The position numbers were made by a program, and so were the translations under genes. DNA of 64,000 bases from Haemophilus parainfluenzae (lineage in GTDB: Bacteria > Pseudomonadota > Gammaproteobacteria > Enterobacterales > Pasteurellaceae). A model generated the notes under the pieces. It did no database searches. It saw nothing but the letters and a program-made list of their open reading frames with translations, and was not told where the DNA came from. Where the stretch lies: assembly GCA_018378615.1 (NCBI GenBank), contig JAGZXE010000004.1, positions 4,749-68,748 of the forward strand, given 5' to 3'. The first letter of the stretch is position 1. Every line of letters starts with the position of its first letter. This document shows positions 35,895 through 45,524 of this stretch, piece after piece.

Positions 35895-38800
35895 ATGAAA
35901 CCTCAAACACTTCAAAAAACCGCACTCGCATTACTCGTTGGTTGGTATGCCGCCAATGCTGCCGCTTATTCTGAACAAGGCCAAGCCGGTAATACCAAAA
36001 GCTGGGAAAGCACCGAATACCTTAAAGACTGGGGTTTAACCTCAATGAATGCCTCCACGGCTTATGCCCTTGGCTTTAATGGTTCTGGCGTGAAAATTGG
36101 CGTAATGGATTCGGGTGTACTATTAAACCACCCTGAATTTCAAGATGGTCGAATCCACGTTGTAAAAACAGAAGGGACTTACAGTAAAGATGGCATGCGT
36201 TATCCCGATGCCTCGGTGGGAAATGGTCCAATTAATAAAAATGAACCCGTAAAAAACGGCAAACGTAATTTTGATAAAACAGATAATGGCATATTTACTA
36301 AAGGTGAAGCCTTCAATATTGACGGGGCATGGCATAAATACACAAATGATTCACACGGCACGCACGTTGGCGGCACAATGGCGGCAAGCCGAGACGGCAA
36401 TGAAATGCATGGTGTAGCATTCGGCGCTAATCTGTATTCTGCCAATACCGGTGGTAACGACAACATGACCTATGGGCCAAATCAAGACTATGGTTTCTTC
36501 TTACAAGGCTACTCTGCCCTAGCAGATGCTGGCGCCAAAGTGATTAATAACAGTTGGGGCTCAAACCGTCGTGTCAATTCATCCTTTGCTGGTGCGTTAG
36601 GTTATAAACCAAAATACGATTGGCGTGATGTACCTGAATATGGCGTGCAATATTATGATGTACCAAAAGCACCTGAGCCAATTTCCAGTCCTGCGGCACA
36701 TATTTATTTAAGTAACTTAGGCGAAGCTGAAAAAGCTTATTATCAATTTGTCACAAGTGGTGAGAAAAACTTTGTTGATGCGGCTTATGAAGTAGCTAAG
36801 AATAGAAAAGTGATTCAAGTCTTTACCGCGGGTAACCGTAGTATGATGGCTGAGTCCTTTACGCGTGCTATGTTGCCACATTTTAGACCTGATGCAGAAA
36901 AATACTGGGTAAACGTCACCGGGCAAGTGGGAGGTGAAGGCTATCCAAATGACTCAAATGACGATGTGAGCGATGGAAAAGCAGGTGCAGATATTCAAGA
37001 ATTTAACCTCGCCGGCCATTCAAAATGGTGGACGATTGCGGCACCATCCGCCAACATCTATTCCGCCTATATTCAATTACAAGACAACAACACTTATGGC
37101 GATCCTATCTACAAATCGGCTGGTGGTACTTCAATGGCTGCACCTCACGTAAGTGGTGCGTTAGGTGTCATCTTTTCTCGCTATCCATACATGACAACCG
37201 ATCAGGCACGTGATGTCATGCTGACCACTGCAAGACAAACCACGCTTCGTAAAGGGCTTGAAGGTAAACCATTAGAACGTTGGGAAACTGAACAAGGTGT
37301 ACCGAGTAACGTTTGGGGTTGGGGGATTTTAGATCTTGGCAAAGCCATGTTTGGTCCGGGTCAATTCTTAGGAAACATGAAAATCAACCTCAATCAAAAT
37401 GATGTTTGGTCAAATGATATTAGCGATAAAGCCATCAAAGCACGTCAAGTCGAAGATCAAGCAGAAGCGGCAACTTGGACAACGCGCAAAGCAGAATTAC
37501 AAGCTTTAATGCAAAATCGTGCGGGCGCGACAGCTGAAGAAAAAGCGGAATATCAAGTAGGTTTAGCGCGTGAAGCTGCTCGTAATGAACGTGCTGCACA
37601 AGGCTATGTCGGTGCATTAACTAAAAATGGTTCTGGCACCTTAACCCTCACCGGTAATAACAGCTTCACTGGTGAAATTACTGTGAATGAAGGTCAGCTT
37701 TCAGGGTTAAATCAATCCCTTGGTTCGGCACAACAAGTCATCGTAAAACAAGGTGCAACATTGGAAGTGTTACCAAAAGCGGAAGTCACTAAACCAAGTG
37801 AGAATGGATTTGTTACTGAAACCTTAACCAGCACCGCGAAAACGGTCACTGCGACAGTGGAAAAAGGTGGTCGTTTCTTACTGAATAATGGTATTGCTAA
37901 CGTCAATGCAACCTTTGCAGACGGTTCTGTTTTAGTGCCAAATAAATTTGACGAAGAAATTCTACCTCAATTACAACAAGATCCACAAAAAGCGGTATCT
38001 GTGCAAGGTACTGGCTCATTTGTGGGAGCTGAAAATGCGGTAGTTGAAACACCTCGTACTTATGATTTCTTTGCTGTTAAAAATGAAAGTAATGCGAATA
38101 CGTTGAAAGTAACCGTTCAGAAAAAAGCTCTTTCATCTGCAGCAACCACTGAAAATGAAGTGGCTATCGCCAATGCCTTAGATGCAGCAACAAGCAGTGC
38201 GGCATATCAAAACCTCATTTGGGGAACAAAAGAGAATGCTCGCCAAGCTTTTGCTCGTTTAAGCTATGATGAAGATCTCGCGGCTGAACAACACAATGTG
38301 TTAAATGGCTTATTGCTTCGTCAGCAACTTGCCCAACCTGGTGCAGTAAGAGCACAACTTAATACCGACACACAAATTTGGACAAGTGGCACCTTCACCC
38401 ACTTCAGCACGGATAGTTTAAGCAGTCATGCGTACAATCAACTTGTGGGTATTGATGCAACCATTGATACAAACAAACATGTAGGTGTATTTGTTGGTTC
38501 AACACAAAACAGTCATAAAATTGACCGCACTTTAAAAGATCGTGCCGTACATTTAGGCTTAACGGCTGAACATCGTTTCAACGTATTAACACCGAAAATT
38601 GGTTTTATTCAAAGCTGGGGTAAACACGAACAACGCGCTGAATTTGCACAAGGTGTGAAAACCCATAGCCAAACACAAAATGTCTTTGCTGAACTTGCCT
38701 ACACAGGCTTAAAAGGCGAACATTTTGCGATTGAACCTTATGCCGGCGTAAGCTATATGCACATCAAAAATAAAGGTGTGACAAAAGGCGAAGTGCAGTT

Positions 38801-39128
38801 AAAAAACAACAATCGTGATTTAATCGTCACCTCTGCAGGTTTACGTCCATCCATTCCATTTGCAATCGGTGGCGTTCAATTAAACTTATTAGGTGATGTG
38901 GCTTATCATCGTTTCCATAAAGATAAAGCCGCTGAAGGCAGCTTAGTTATCAATAATCAAGGTGTAGCGAATCTTTATGGTAAAGAATTGAAAAATGTCG
39001 TTACGACAGGCGTCGCATTACAAGCTCAATTTACACCAGTACTGAGTGTGAAAGTCGGCTATCAAGGTGCTTACAACCACGATACGAAAGCGAATAATGT
39101 TAATGCAGAACTACGTTTCTCATTTTAA
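35895..39128 (+). CDS. S8 (subtilisin-like) serine protease autotransporter
   Basis: Signal peptide; triad GVMDSG, SHGTHVGG, GTSMAAPHVSG; LTKNGSGTLTLTGNNSFTG passenger repeat; beta-barrel ending ELRFSF. Confidence 0.93.
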   Translation: MKPQTLQKTALALLVGWYAANAAAYSEQGQAGNTKSWESTEYLKDWGLTSMNASTAYALGFNGSGVKIGVMDSGVLLNHPEFQDGRIHVVKTEGTYSKDGMRYPDASVGNGPINKNEPVKNGKRNFDKTDNGIFTKGEAFNIDGAWHKYTNDSHGTHVGGTMAASRDGNEMHGVAFGANLYSANTGGNDNMTYGPNQDYGFFLQGYSALADAGAKVINNSWGSNRRVNSSFAGALGYKPKYDWRDVPEYGVQYYDVPKAPEPISSPAAHIYLSNLGEAEKAYYQFVTSGEKNFVDAAYEVAKNRKVIQVFTAGNRSMMAESFTRAMLPHFRPDAEKYWVNVTGQVGGEGYPNDSNDDVSDGKAGADIQEFNLAGHSKWWTIAAPSANIYSAYIQLQDNNTYGDPIYKSAGGTSMAAPHVSGALGVIFSRYPYMTTDQARDVMLTTARQTTLRKGLEGKPLERWETEQGVPSNVWGWGILDLGKAMFGPGQFLGNMKINLNQNDVWSNDISDKAIKARQVEDQAEAATWTTRKAELQALMQNRAGATAEEKAEYQVGLAREAARNERAAQGYVGALTKNGSGTLTLTGNNSFTGEITVNEGQLSGLNQSLGSAQQVIVKQGATLEVLPKAEVTKPSENGFVTETLTSTAKTVTATVEKGGRFLLNNGIANVNATFADGSVLVPNKFDEEILPQLQQDPQKAVSVQGTGSFVGAENAVVETPRTYDFFAVKNESNANTLKVTVQKKALSSAATTENEVAIANALDAATSSAAYQNLIWGTKENARQAFARLSYDEDLAAEQHNVLNGLLLRQQLAQPGAVRAQLNTDTQIWTSGTFTHFSTDSLSSHAYNQLVGIDATIDTNKHVGVFVGSTQNSHKIDRTLKDRAVHLGLTAEHRFNVLTPKIGFIQSWGKHEQRAEFAQGVKTHSQTQNVFAELAYTGLKGEHFAIEPYAGVSYMHIKNKGVTKGEVQLKNNNRDLIVTSAGLRPSIPFAIGGVQLNLLGDVAYHRFHKDKAAEGSLVINNQGVANLYGKELKNVVTTGVALQAQFTPVLSVKVGYQGAYNHDTKANNVNAELRFSF

Positions 39129-39143
39129 CGATATTCAATAAGA

Positions 39144-39193
39144 CAAAAGTGCGGTCAGTTTTTGAGAAGTTTTAAAAATTGACTGCACTTTGT
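39144..39193. terminator. USS-derived hairpin after the autotransporter
   Basis: AAAGTGCGGTCAGTTTTT...AAAAATTGACTGCACTTT (second copy has one mismatch). Confidence 0.75.
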
Positions 39194-39294
39194 ATTAGAT
39201 ACTTTTAGTTATATTCATTTCAAATATCTAAAAGCTTAGCCCTACAATGCTCAATTCTAAGAGATATATTTCTTAAATATCCAATCATTAAAAT

Positions 39295-39768
39295 TCAATT
39301 TAATATTTCCACATATATTTCATCCTCAAACTTCTCAATACTAGAAATATCTAAAATGCACTCACCAATCCTTTTAACATGAAAACTGAATATAGAACTA
39401 AAACCAAACTCATTACTTTTAAAACACAAAAACAAGACACAAGGCTTATTAGGAAAGACTTTATTCCATTTAGCCTTGAAAGCATTAACAAAACAAAATG
39501 ATTCTTTCTTAACATTCTTATGGATATAATCTTCAATATATATTTTATTAATAGAAAACTCATACCCAGAGAAATCTAAAAATTGCTCTCTAATATTATC
39601 AATAGTTATATCATTACTATACTCATCACTCCATAACCAACTAAAAAAAACACATTTATTTATCTCAACAAACCCCTTATCTAATATGCAAGATAATTCT
39701 GTAGATAAATTTTCATGACTACAAACATCATTAAAAGAATCTCTCATTTTTGGATTCATATAAATCAT
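39295..39768 (-). CDS. Hypothetical protein (AT-rich orphan, possibly immunity-like)
   Basis: 157 aa ORF with GGAG RBS; visibly AT-richer than neighbours; no USS. Confidence 0.7.
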   Translation of the reverse strand: MIYMNPKMRDSFNDVCSHENLSTELSCILDKGFVEINKCVFFSWLWSDEYSNDITIDNIREQFLDFSGYEFSINKIYIEDYIHKNVKKESFCFVNAFKAKWNKVFPNKPCVLFLCFKSNEFGFSSIFSFHVKRIGECILDISSIEKFEDEIYVEILN

Positions 39769-39952
39769 TTTTCTTCTCCAAATAATTTAAACCTTTATCT
39801 ATAATCAGGTTATTCAATATTCCTTGTATATAAAAAAAGGTTTACTAGCACATTGATATGATTCTTTGCTTTTATTTTCACAACAGAGAATATCACATAA
39901 GTATTCTCTGAACCCACTCCAACATTCGCATTTTTAATACTAGTAGATAAAT

Positions 39953-39979
39953 AAAAAAGGCATCAACTTGATGCCTTTT
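39953..39979 (-). terminator. ppa terminator
   Basis: AAAAAAGGCATCAACTTGATGCCTTTT. Confidence 0.85.
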
Positions 39980-39999
39980 AAATTCATTAACATGAAGAA

Positions 40000-40530
40000 T
40001 TAACGTTCATTCCAACGTTTGATTGATTCACGAATCACTTCTTTCGCTTCTTCTACATCGCCCCAGTGAGTCACTTTCGTTGAACCTGGTTTTTTTAATG
40101 CTTTGTAGTTGTTGAAGTGGAATTCAATTTGTTTGATTAATTGCGCTGGTACATCGGCAAGGCTGTTGTATGCATTGCCTGTATCGCGGTCATCTGCTGG
40201 CACACAAACGATTTTATCGTCCACTTCGCCATCATCAACGAATTTCATCACACCGATTACTTTTGCTTCAAGGAATACACCCGTTGCAAGTGGTTGACGA
40301 GTTAATAATAAAACGTCTAACTCATCGCCATCTTCATCTAAAGTTTGCGGAATGAAACCATAGTTAGTTGGTTTTGCGAAGATCGCAGGCTCAACACGGT
40401 CTAATTGGAACGCTGCAACTTTACGGTTCCATTCGATTTTGTGGCAGCTCCCTTCTGGAATTTCATTTACCACATTGATAATGCCGGCATCTACATCGCC
40501 TGGCGTTAAAATTTGATTAAAATCAGCCAT
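40000..40530 (-). CDS. ppa: Inorganic pyrophosphatase
   Basis: NYGFIPQT, DGDELDV and DDGEVDDK. Confidence 0.96.
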   Translation of the reverse strand: MADFNQILTPGDVDAGIINVVNEIPEGSCHKIEWNRKVAAFQLDRVEPAIFAKPTNYGFIPQTLDEDGDELDVLLLTRQPLATGVFLEAKVIGVMKFVDDGEVDDKIVCVPADDRDTGNAYNSLADVPAQLIKQIEFHFNNYKALKKPGSTKVTHWGDVEEAKEVIRESIKRWNER

Positions 40531-40656
40531 TGTTTTTCCTTTTTTTGATTACGTTAAAAACGCTCAGAGTATAGCAGTTTTTAGCCGATAAAAAAATATG
40601 CGAAAAGCATCCTCAAAACTGACCGCACTTTCCCATCCAACTTCTATAAAACGATT

Positions 40657-40672
40657 ACGCAAACGTTTACTT
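40657..40672. promoter_or_regulatory. PurR box
   Basis: ACGCAAACGTTTACTT directly upstream of a purine permease. Confidence 0.82.
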
Positions 40673-40728
40673 TTGAATGATTTACTATAAAATAGCACAT
40701 CTTTTTGATTATTAACCTAGGGGACTTT

Positions 40729-42045
40729 ATGTCAAGTTTAGAAAAAACCTTTGAACTCAGCAAACGCGGTTCAACGGTTCGTCAAGAAATCATCGCGGGT
40801 TTAACCACCTTCTTAGCTATGGTGTATTCCGTGATTGTTGTGCCTAAAATGCTTGGTGATGCAGGCTTTCCAGCAGAATCAGTGTTTATCGCAACCTGTT
40901 TAGTCGCAGGACTTGGATCGATTTTAATCGGCTTTTGGGCAAATGCGCCAATGGCGATCGGCTGTGCTATTTCATTAACTGCCTTCACCGCATTTAGCTT
41001 AGTGATTGGTCAACATGTTTCTATTCCTGTGGCATTAGGTGCCGTATTCCTCATGGGTTTAGTGTTCACCTTAATCTCTGCAACAGGTATTCGCTCATGG
41101 ATCTTACGTAACCTGCCATCAAGTATTGCGCACGGTGCAGGGATCGGGATCGGCTTATTCTTACTTTTAATCGCCGCAAATGGCGTAGGCTTAGTGGTCG
41201 GCAACCAAGCGGGTTTACCGGTTAAATTAGGCGATTTCACTTCGTTCCCTGTGATGATGTCCTTAATTGGTCTTGCATTCATTATCGGCTTAGAAAAAAT
41301 GAAAGTGAAAGGCGGAATTTTATGGGTCATCATCGCGATTACTATCGTAGGTTTAATCTTCGATCCAAACGTAACATTCAATGGCCAAATCTTCAAAATG
41401 CCAACCTTTGGTGAAAACTCACTTTTCTTACAATTAGATCTCCAAGGTGCATTACAACCTGCCATTTTACCGATTGTTTTTGCGTTAGTGATGACAGCGG
41501 TATTTGATGCAACGGGTACTATTCGCGCCGTTGCAGGTCAAGCAGACTTATTAGACAAAGACGGACAAATCATCAACGGTGGTAAAGCCTTAACCTCTGA
41601 CTCTGTAAGTAGTTTATTCTCAGGCTTATTCGGTACTGCGCCAGCAGCCGTTTATATCGAATCTGCAGCAGGTACAGCTGCGGGCGGTAAAACCGGTATC
41701 ACTGCTATCGTCGTCGGCGTATTGTTCTTATTAATGTTATTCTTCCAACCACTTGCCTTCTTAGTGCCAGGTTATGCAACTGCACCAGCATTAATGTATG
41801 TGGGCTTATTAATGTTAAGCAATGTAAGCAAATTAGACTTCGATGATTTCGTGGGCGCAATGAGCGGCTTAGTTTGCGCGGTATTCATCGTGCTCACCGC
41901 AAACATCGTAACCGGTATCATGCTTGGCTTTGCGGCATTAGTGATTGGTCGCATCGTAAGTGGCGACGTGAAAAAACTCAACATCGGTACAATTATCATC
42001 GCCATTGTACTTGTCGCATTCTATGCAGGCGGCTGGGCGATTTAA
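40729..42045 (+). CDS. NCS2/AzgA family purine permease (GhxP/Q-like)
   Basis: [20 protein letters not shown] and YIESAAG...GGKTG. Confidence 0.92.
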   Translation: MSSLEKTFELSKRGSTVRQEIIAGLTTFLAMVYSVIVVPKMLGDAGFPAESVFIATCLVAGLGSILIGFWANAPMAIGCAISLTAFTAFSLVIGQHVSIPVALGAVFLMGLVFTLISATGIRSWILRNLPSSIAHGAGIGIGLFLLLIAANGVGLVVGNQAGLPVKLGDFTSFPVMMSLIGLAFIIGLEKMKVKGGILWVIIAITIVGLIFDPNVTFNGQIFKMPTFGENSLFLQLDLQGALQPAILPIVFALVMTAVFDATGTIRAVAGQADLLDKDGQIINGGKALTSDSVSSLFSGLFGTAPAAVYIESAAGTAAGGKTGITAIVVGVLFLLMLFFQPLAFLVPGYATAPALMYVGLLMLSNVSKLDFDDFVGAMSGLVCAVFIVLTANIVTGIMLGFAALVIGRIVSGDVKKLNIGTIIIAIVLVAFYAGGWAI

Positions 42046-42062
42046 TTAAATACAATCTTGAT

Positions 42063-42089
42063 AAGGCGAACGAATGGTTCGCCTTTTTT
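42063..42089 (+). terminator. Intrinsic terminator
   Basis: AAGGCGAAC-GAATG-GTTCGCCTTTTTT. Confidence 0.88.
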
Positions 42090-42224
42090 ATTTCTCCCCT
42101 AAAAAACAATCGCAAAACCAACCGCACTTTTACTTTACAAATCCCTAAATCCGCCTAAAATACAGGCCTTTAATACAGCTTGCCAAAAGCAAGCTACTGA
42201 CCTGAAATCAGACAAGAGAACATT

Positions 42225-43541
42225 ATGACAATCCCATTTAAACCTGAATTACTTTCCCCTGCGGGCTCCCTCAAAAATATGCGCTACGCTTTTGCCTATG
42301 GTGCAGATGCCGTTTATGCAGGCCAACCTCGTTACAGCTTACGTGTACGCAACAATGAATTTAATCACGCCAATTTAAAAATCGGGATCGATGAAGCCCA
42401 TGCGCTTGGCAAAAAATTCTACGTGGTCGTAAACATTGCGCCGCATAACTCCAAACTCAAAACCTTTATCAAAGATTTACAACCTGTGATCGACATGGGC
42501 CCTGATGCCTTAATTATGTCTGACCCAGGCTTAATCATGTTGGTACGTGAAAACTTCCCGGATATTGATATTCACCTTTCTGTACAAGCAAATGCGGTAA
42601 ACTGGGCTACCGTCAAATTCTGGAAACAAATGGGGTTAACTCGTGTGATTTTATCGCGCGAATTATCCATTGAAGAGATCGCTGAAATTCGCCAACACGT
42701 GCCAGATATCGAACTCGAAATTTTCGTACACGGTGCGTTATGCATGGCGTATTCCGGTCGTTGCTTGCTTTCTGGCTATATCAACAAACGCGACCCGAAC
42801 CAAGGTACTTGCACCAATGCTTGTCGTTGGGAATACAAACTGGAAGAAGGCACGACGGATGAAGTAGGCAACATCGTGCCCAAAATCGATCCGGCTCAAC
42901 AAATCAAAGTAAAAAATGTTGCGCCAACTTTAGGTGAAGGTGCAGTAACAGATAAAGTCTTCCTTTACACCGAATCACAAAAGCCCGATGAGCAAATGAC
43001 CGCGTTTGAAGATGAGCACGGCACGTACTTTATGAATTCAAAAGACCTGCGTGCCGTACAACACGTGGAAAAATTGACCGCACTTGGCGTCCATTCTTTA
43101 AAAATCGAAGGTCGTACTAAATCATTCTATTACTGTGCAAGAACGGCACAAGTTTACCGCAAAGCCATTGATGATGCGGCAGCGGGCAAACCATTTGATG
43201 AAAGCTTAATGGATACCTTGGAATCCCTTGCTCATCGTGGTTATACCGAAGGTTTCTTACGTCGTCATACGCACGATGAATACCAAAATTACGAATATGG
43301 CTACTCTATCTCTGAACGCCAACAATTTGTCGGTGAATTTACCGGTAAACGTAACGAGCAAGGTATGGCTGAAGTTGCAGTAAAAAATAAATTCTTGCTT
43401 GGTGATGAGGTCGAAATGATGACCCCACAAGGCAACATCGTCTTTAAGATTGAAAAAATGCTCAATCGCAAAAACGAAAATGTGGAAGCCGCACTTGGCG
43501 ATGGCCATCATATAAAATACTCCATTCTTAAAATTAATTAA
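42225..43541 (+). CDS. trhP: Peptidase U32 family tRNA hydroxylation protein, native C-terminus apparently replaced
   Basis: PELLSPAG, HGALCMAYSGRC, CTNACRW and SLKIEGR; conserved-looking sequence ends at ALGDGH (43508), followed by an AT-rich tail. Confidence 0.88.
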   Translation: MTIPFKPELLSPAGSLKNMRYAFAYGADAVYAGQPRYSLRVRNNEFNHANLKIGIDEAHALGKKFYVVVNIAPHNSKLKTFIKDLQPVIDMGPDALIMSDPGLIMLVRENFPDIDIHLSVQANAVNWATVKFWKQMGLTRVILSRELSIEEIAEIRQHVPDIELEIFVHGALCMAYSGRCLLSGYINKRDPNQGTCTNACRWEYKLEEGTTDEVGNIVPKIDPAQQIKVKNVAPTLGEGAVTDKVFLYTESQKPDEQMTAFEDEHGTYFMNSKDLRAVQHVEKLTALGVHSLKIEGRTKSFYYCARTAQVYRKAIDDAAAGKPFDESLMDTLESLAHRGYTEGFLRRHTHDEYQNYEYGYSISERQQFVGEFTGKRNEQGMAEVAVKNKFLLGDEVEMMTPQGNIVFKIEKMLNRKNENVEAALGDGHHIKYSILKIN

Positions 43542-45470
43542 CTTCATATTATTTATAAAAAGTTTTCATTGACATAAAAATAAAATCAAGAGTAAATTAA
43601 GCCTGATAATTAGGAGCAATCATGAATACAAAGGATTATTTTATGCTTATCACTTATCTTACTAACATTAGCAAACTTTACAAAGACATGTAATTAATAT
43701 TTAGATAGCTAGCTGTAGAATTTACTCAAGTTTTTTGGAGTTAATGACATCTCCCATTATACCAAACAAAACGCTGGAATATTTAGTAGTGGCTTTCTAG
43801 TATCAAAAAGTAGAGTAAATATTCTATTAAGTATTTAAATTAAATTTAAAATTATAGGTTACAATTGAAATGGGAAAAAAAATAAGAGATGACTTTACAA
43901 GCAACGATAAGGATATACTTGCAAAAGCTGCTAAGCTTAAATGTTCAAATCCTGATTGCAGGATATTAACTATATCTGCAAAATCAGATGATCACAACAA
44001 GATCACCAATATTGGTGTGGCAGCTCATATTACTGCAGCAAGCAAAGGAGGGCCTAGATATGATAAATCCTTGTCATCCAAAGATAGAGCTTCAATATCT
44101 AATGGGATCTGGCTTTGTAGTAACTGTGCAACGTTAATTGATAGAGAACCCCAAAAATATACAGTTGAACTACTAAAAAAATGGAAAGAAGAAAGATGTA
44201 AGGAGACACGAGATGAGTTGGGAAAGGAAGAAATTCCTGAAAATCAAAATAAACTAGAAAAAATTGATTTAATTCTTGACTATGTAAAATCAATAAGTGA
44301 TGACGGAACGTATGTAACCTACAAAAACATAGATAAAAAACGAATAGATGAATTCATTATAAACTTCCATAAATGTCAAAAAAAACCATTAATCAATTGT
44401 ATCATTCCTTTCTGTCAAGAAAAGATTAAGGCATTTGAATCAGCTGACACGATAGATATGGTGGAAAAGAAGTATGCTATTAAAGCATGGCAAGAAAAGA
44501 TGGATAAAATTCAAGAGACAACTTCAAGTTTATTAGGGTTTATTTTAGATGATACTTTTGGGAAAAAGTATAATTTTTTTATGGAAAGTCATATTAATCA
44601 AAATAATCTAACAGACTTGATACACGAGGCTCTTGAATATTCTCTTATTCCATCTAGTGGTTTTGATAGAACAAAAATTGATATTTGGAGATATTCTCCC
44701 AACTTTTTTCAGGCACCTATATATCTAGAAGAGGATGAAATTAAAATTTTATTGAATGATACGAAATTAGAAAAAAAAGAATATTTAGGATTTGGTGCAA
44801 ACTGGAGAGACTTAGGAGATATTCTAGACAATAGATTAAAAAATAAGGCTTTGGCCGCTATTTGTTGGAATATTGTCATGAACAATTTACATAATAAATT
44901 GAATAGTGAAGAAATAAGTGACTTATTTTTTAGACATAAATGGCATATTGGGCTTGGATAAGATTGGTTCCTGTCAAAAACTCATATGGTCTTAAATCTA
45001 ATTAGTTTTTAGCCACGCAAAAACTAGAAACCACAAAACACCTTGTTGTTATCATCCAGTGTTTGAACAAGCAGTAGGATACGTTAGTGGTGGAGTACAA
45101 AATATTTAAATATTGGCATTATGACACAGTATGCAACATCTAATGTCTGACTAGTAGGTAACATTTAAACATAAGTTATTGGAAACCTAATAACCTCAAT
45201 GTGATATTTTGTGCATCACTAAAGCAATAAATGGCATAATTAAAGTGGAACATCATGAGCAAAAGAGTTAACAAAAGCTTGCATGTCATCTAGTTCGCAA
45301 ACCCATGGTTCTAATTAAAACCAAGATGGGATAATACTCTTAATTTTCTCTAACAATTTAAATAAGTTAATCTATTTATATAACAGTGATATAATCGTTA
45401 CACTTATCTCTCTATCATAAAATTAATTAGTATGATGACCTATTTAGTCTGCTGATTTATTCTTGTATTT
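43509..45470. other. AT-rich accessory islet between trhP and queA
   Basis: Abrupt composition shift; no USS in about 2 kb; one intact ORF plus remnants; no integrase or terminal repeats seen. Confidence 0.75.
43870..44961 (+). CDS. HNH-type zinc-finger endonuclease domain fused to an unknown C-terminal domain
   Basis: CSNPDC...AAHITAASKGGPRY...NGIWLCSNCATLID...YTVELLKKWK within the first ~110 aa. Confidence 0.78.
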   Translation: MGKKIRDDFTSNDKDILAKAAKLKCSNPDCRILTISAKSDDHNKITNIGVAAHITAASKGGPRYDKSLSSKDRASISNGIWLCSNCATLIDREPQKYTVELLKKWKEERCKETRDELGKEEIPENQNKLEKIDLILDYVKSISDDGTYVTYKNIDKKRIDEFIINFHKCQKKPLINCIIPFCQEKIKAFESADTIDMVEKKYAIKAWQEKMDKIQETTSSLLGFILDDTFGKKYNFFMESHINQNNLTDLIHEALEYSLIPSSGFDRTKIDIWRYSPNFFQAPIYLEEDEIKILLNDTKLEKKEYLGFGANWRDLGDILDNRLKNKALAAICWNIVMNNLHNKLNSEEISDLFFRHKWHIGLG

Positions 45471-45524
45471 CCCTCTCATTCACTCTAGACTATGCCCCAT
45501 TTTTAGCTTTCATGATTTACAATT

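Noticed and set aside
39815..39935. Cys-rich minus-strand frame (KCECWSGFREYLCDILCCE...) as a toxin-tip remnant
   Set aside because: No start codon, under 40 codons and no recognisable motif; cannot be supported without a search
43257..43547. 96-aa minus-strand ORF overlapping the trhP 3' end
   Set aside because: Mostly the antisense shadow of trhP; only its RBS/ATG segment is informative (reported as a finding)
43870..44961. Calling the HNH gene CBASS Cap5, IscB/HEARO or a retron component
   Set aside because: No CD-NTase, recognisable SAVED domain, RuvC motifs or reverse transcriptase in the window
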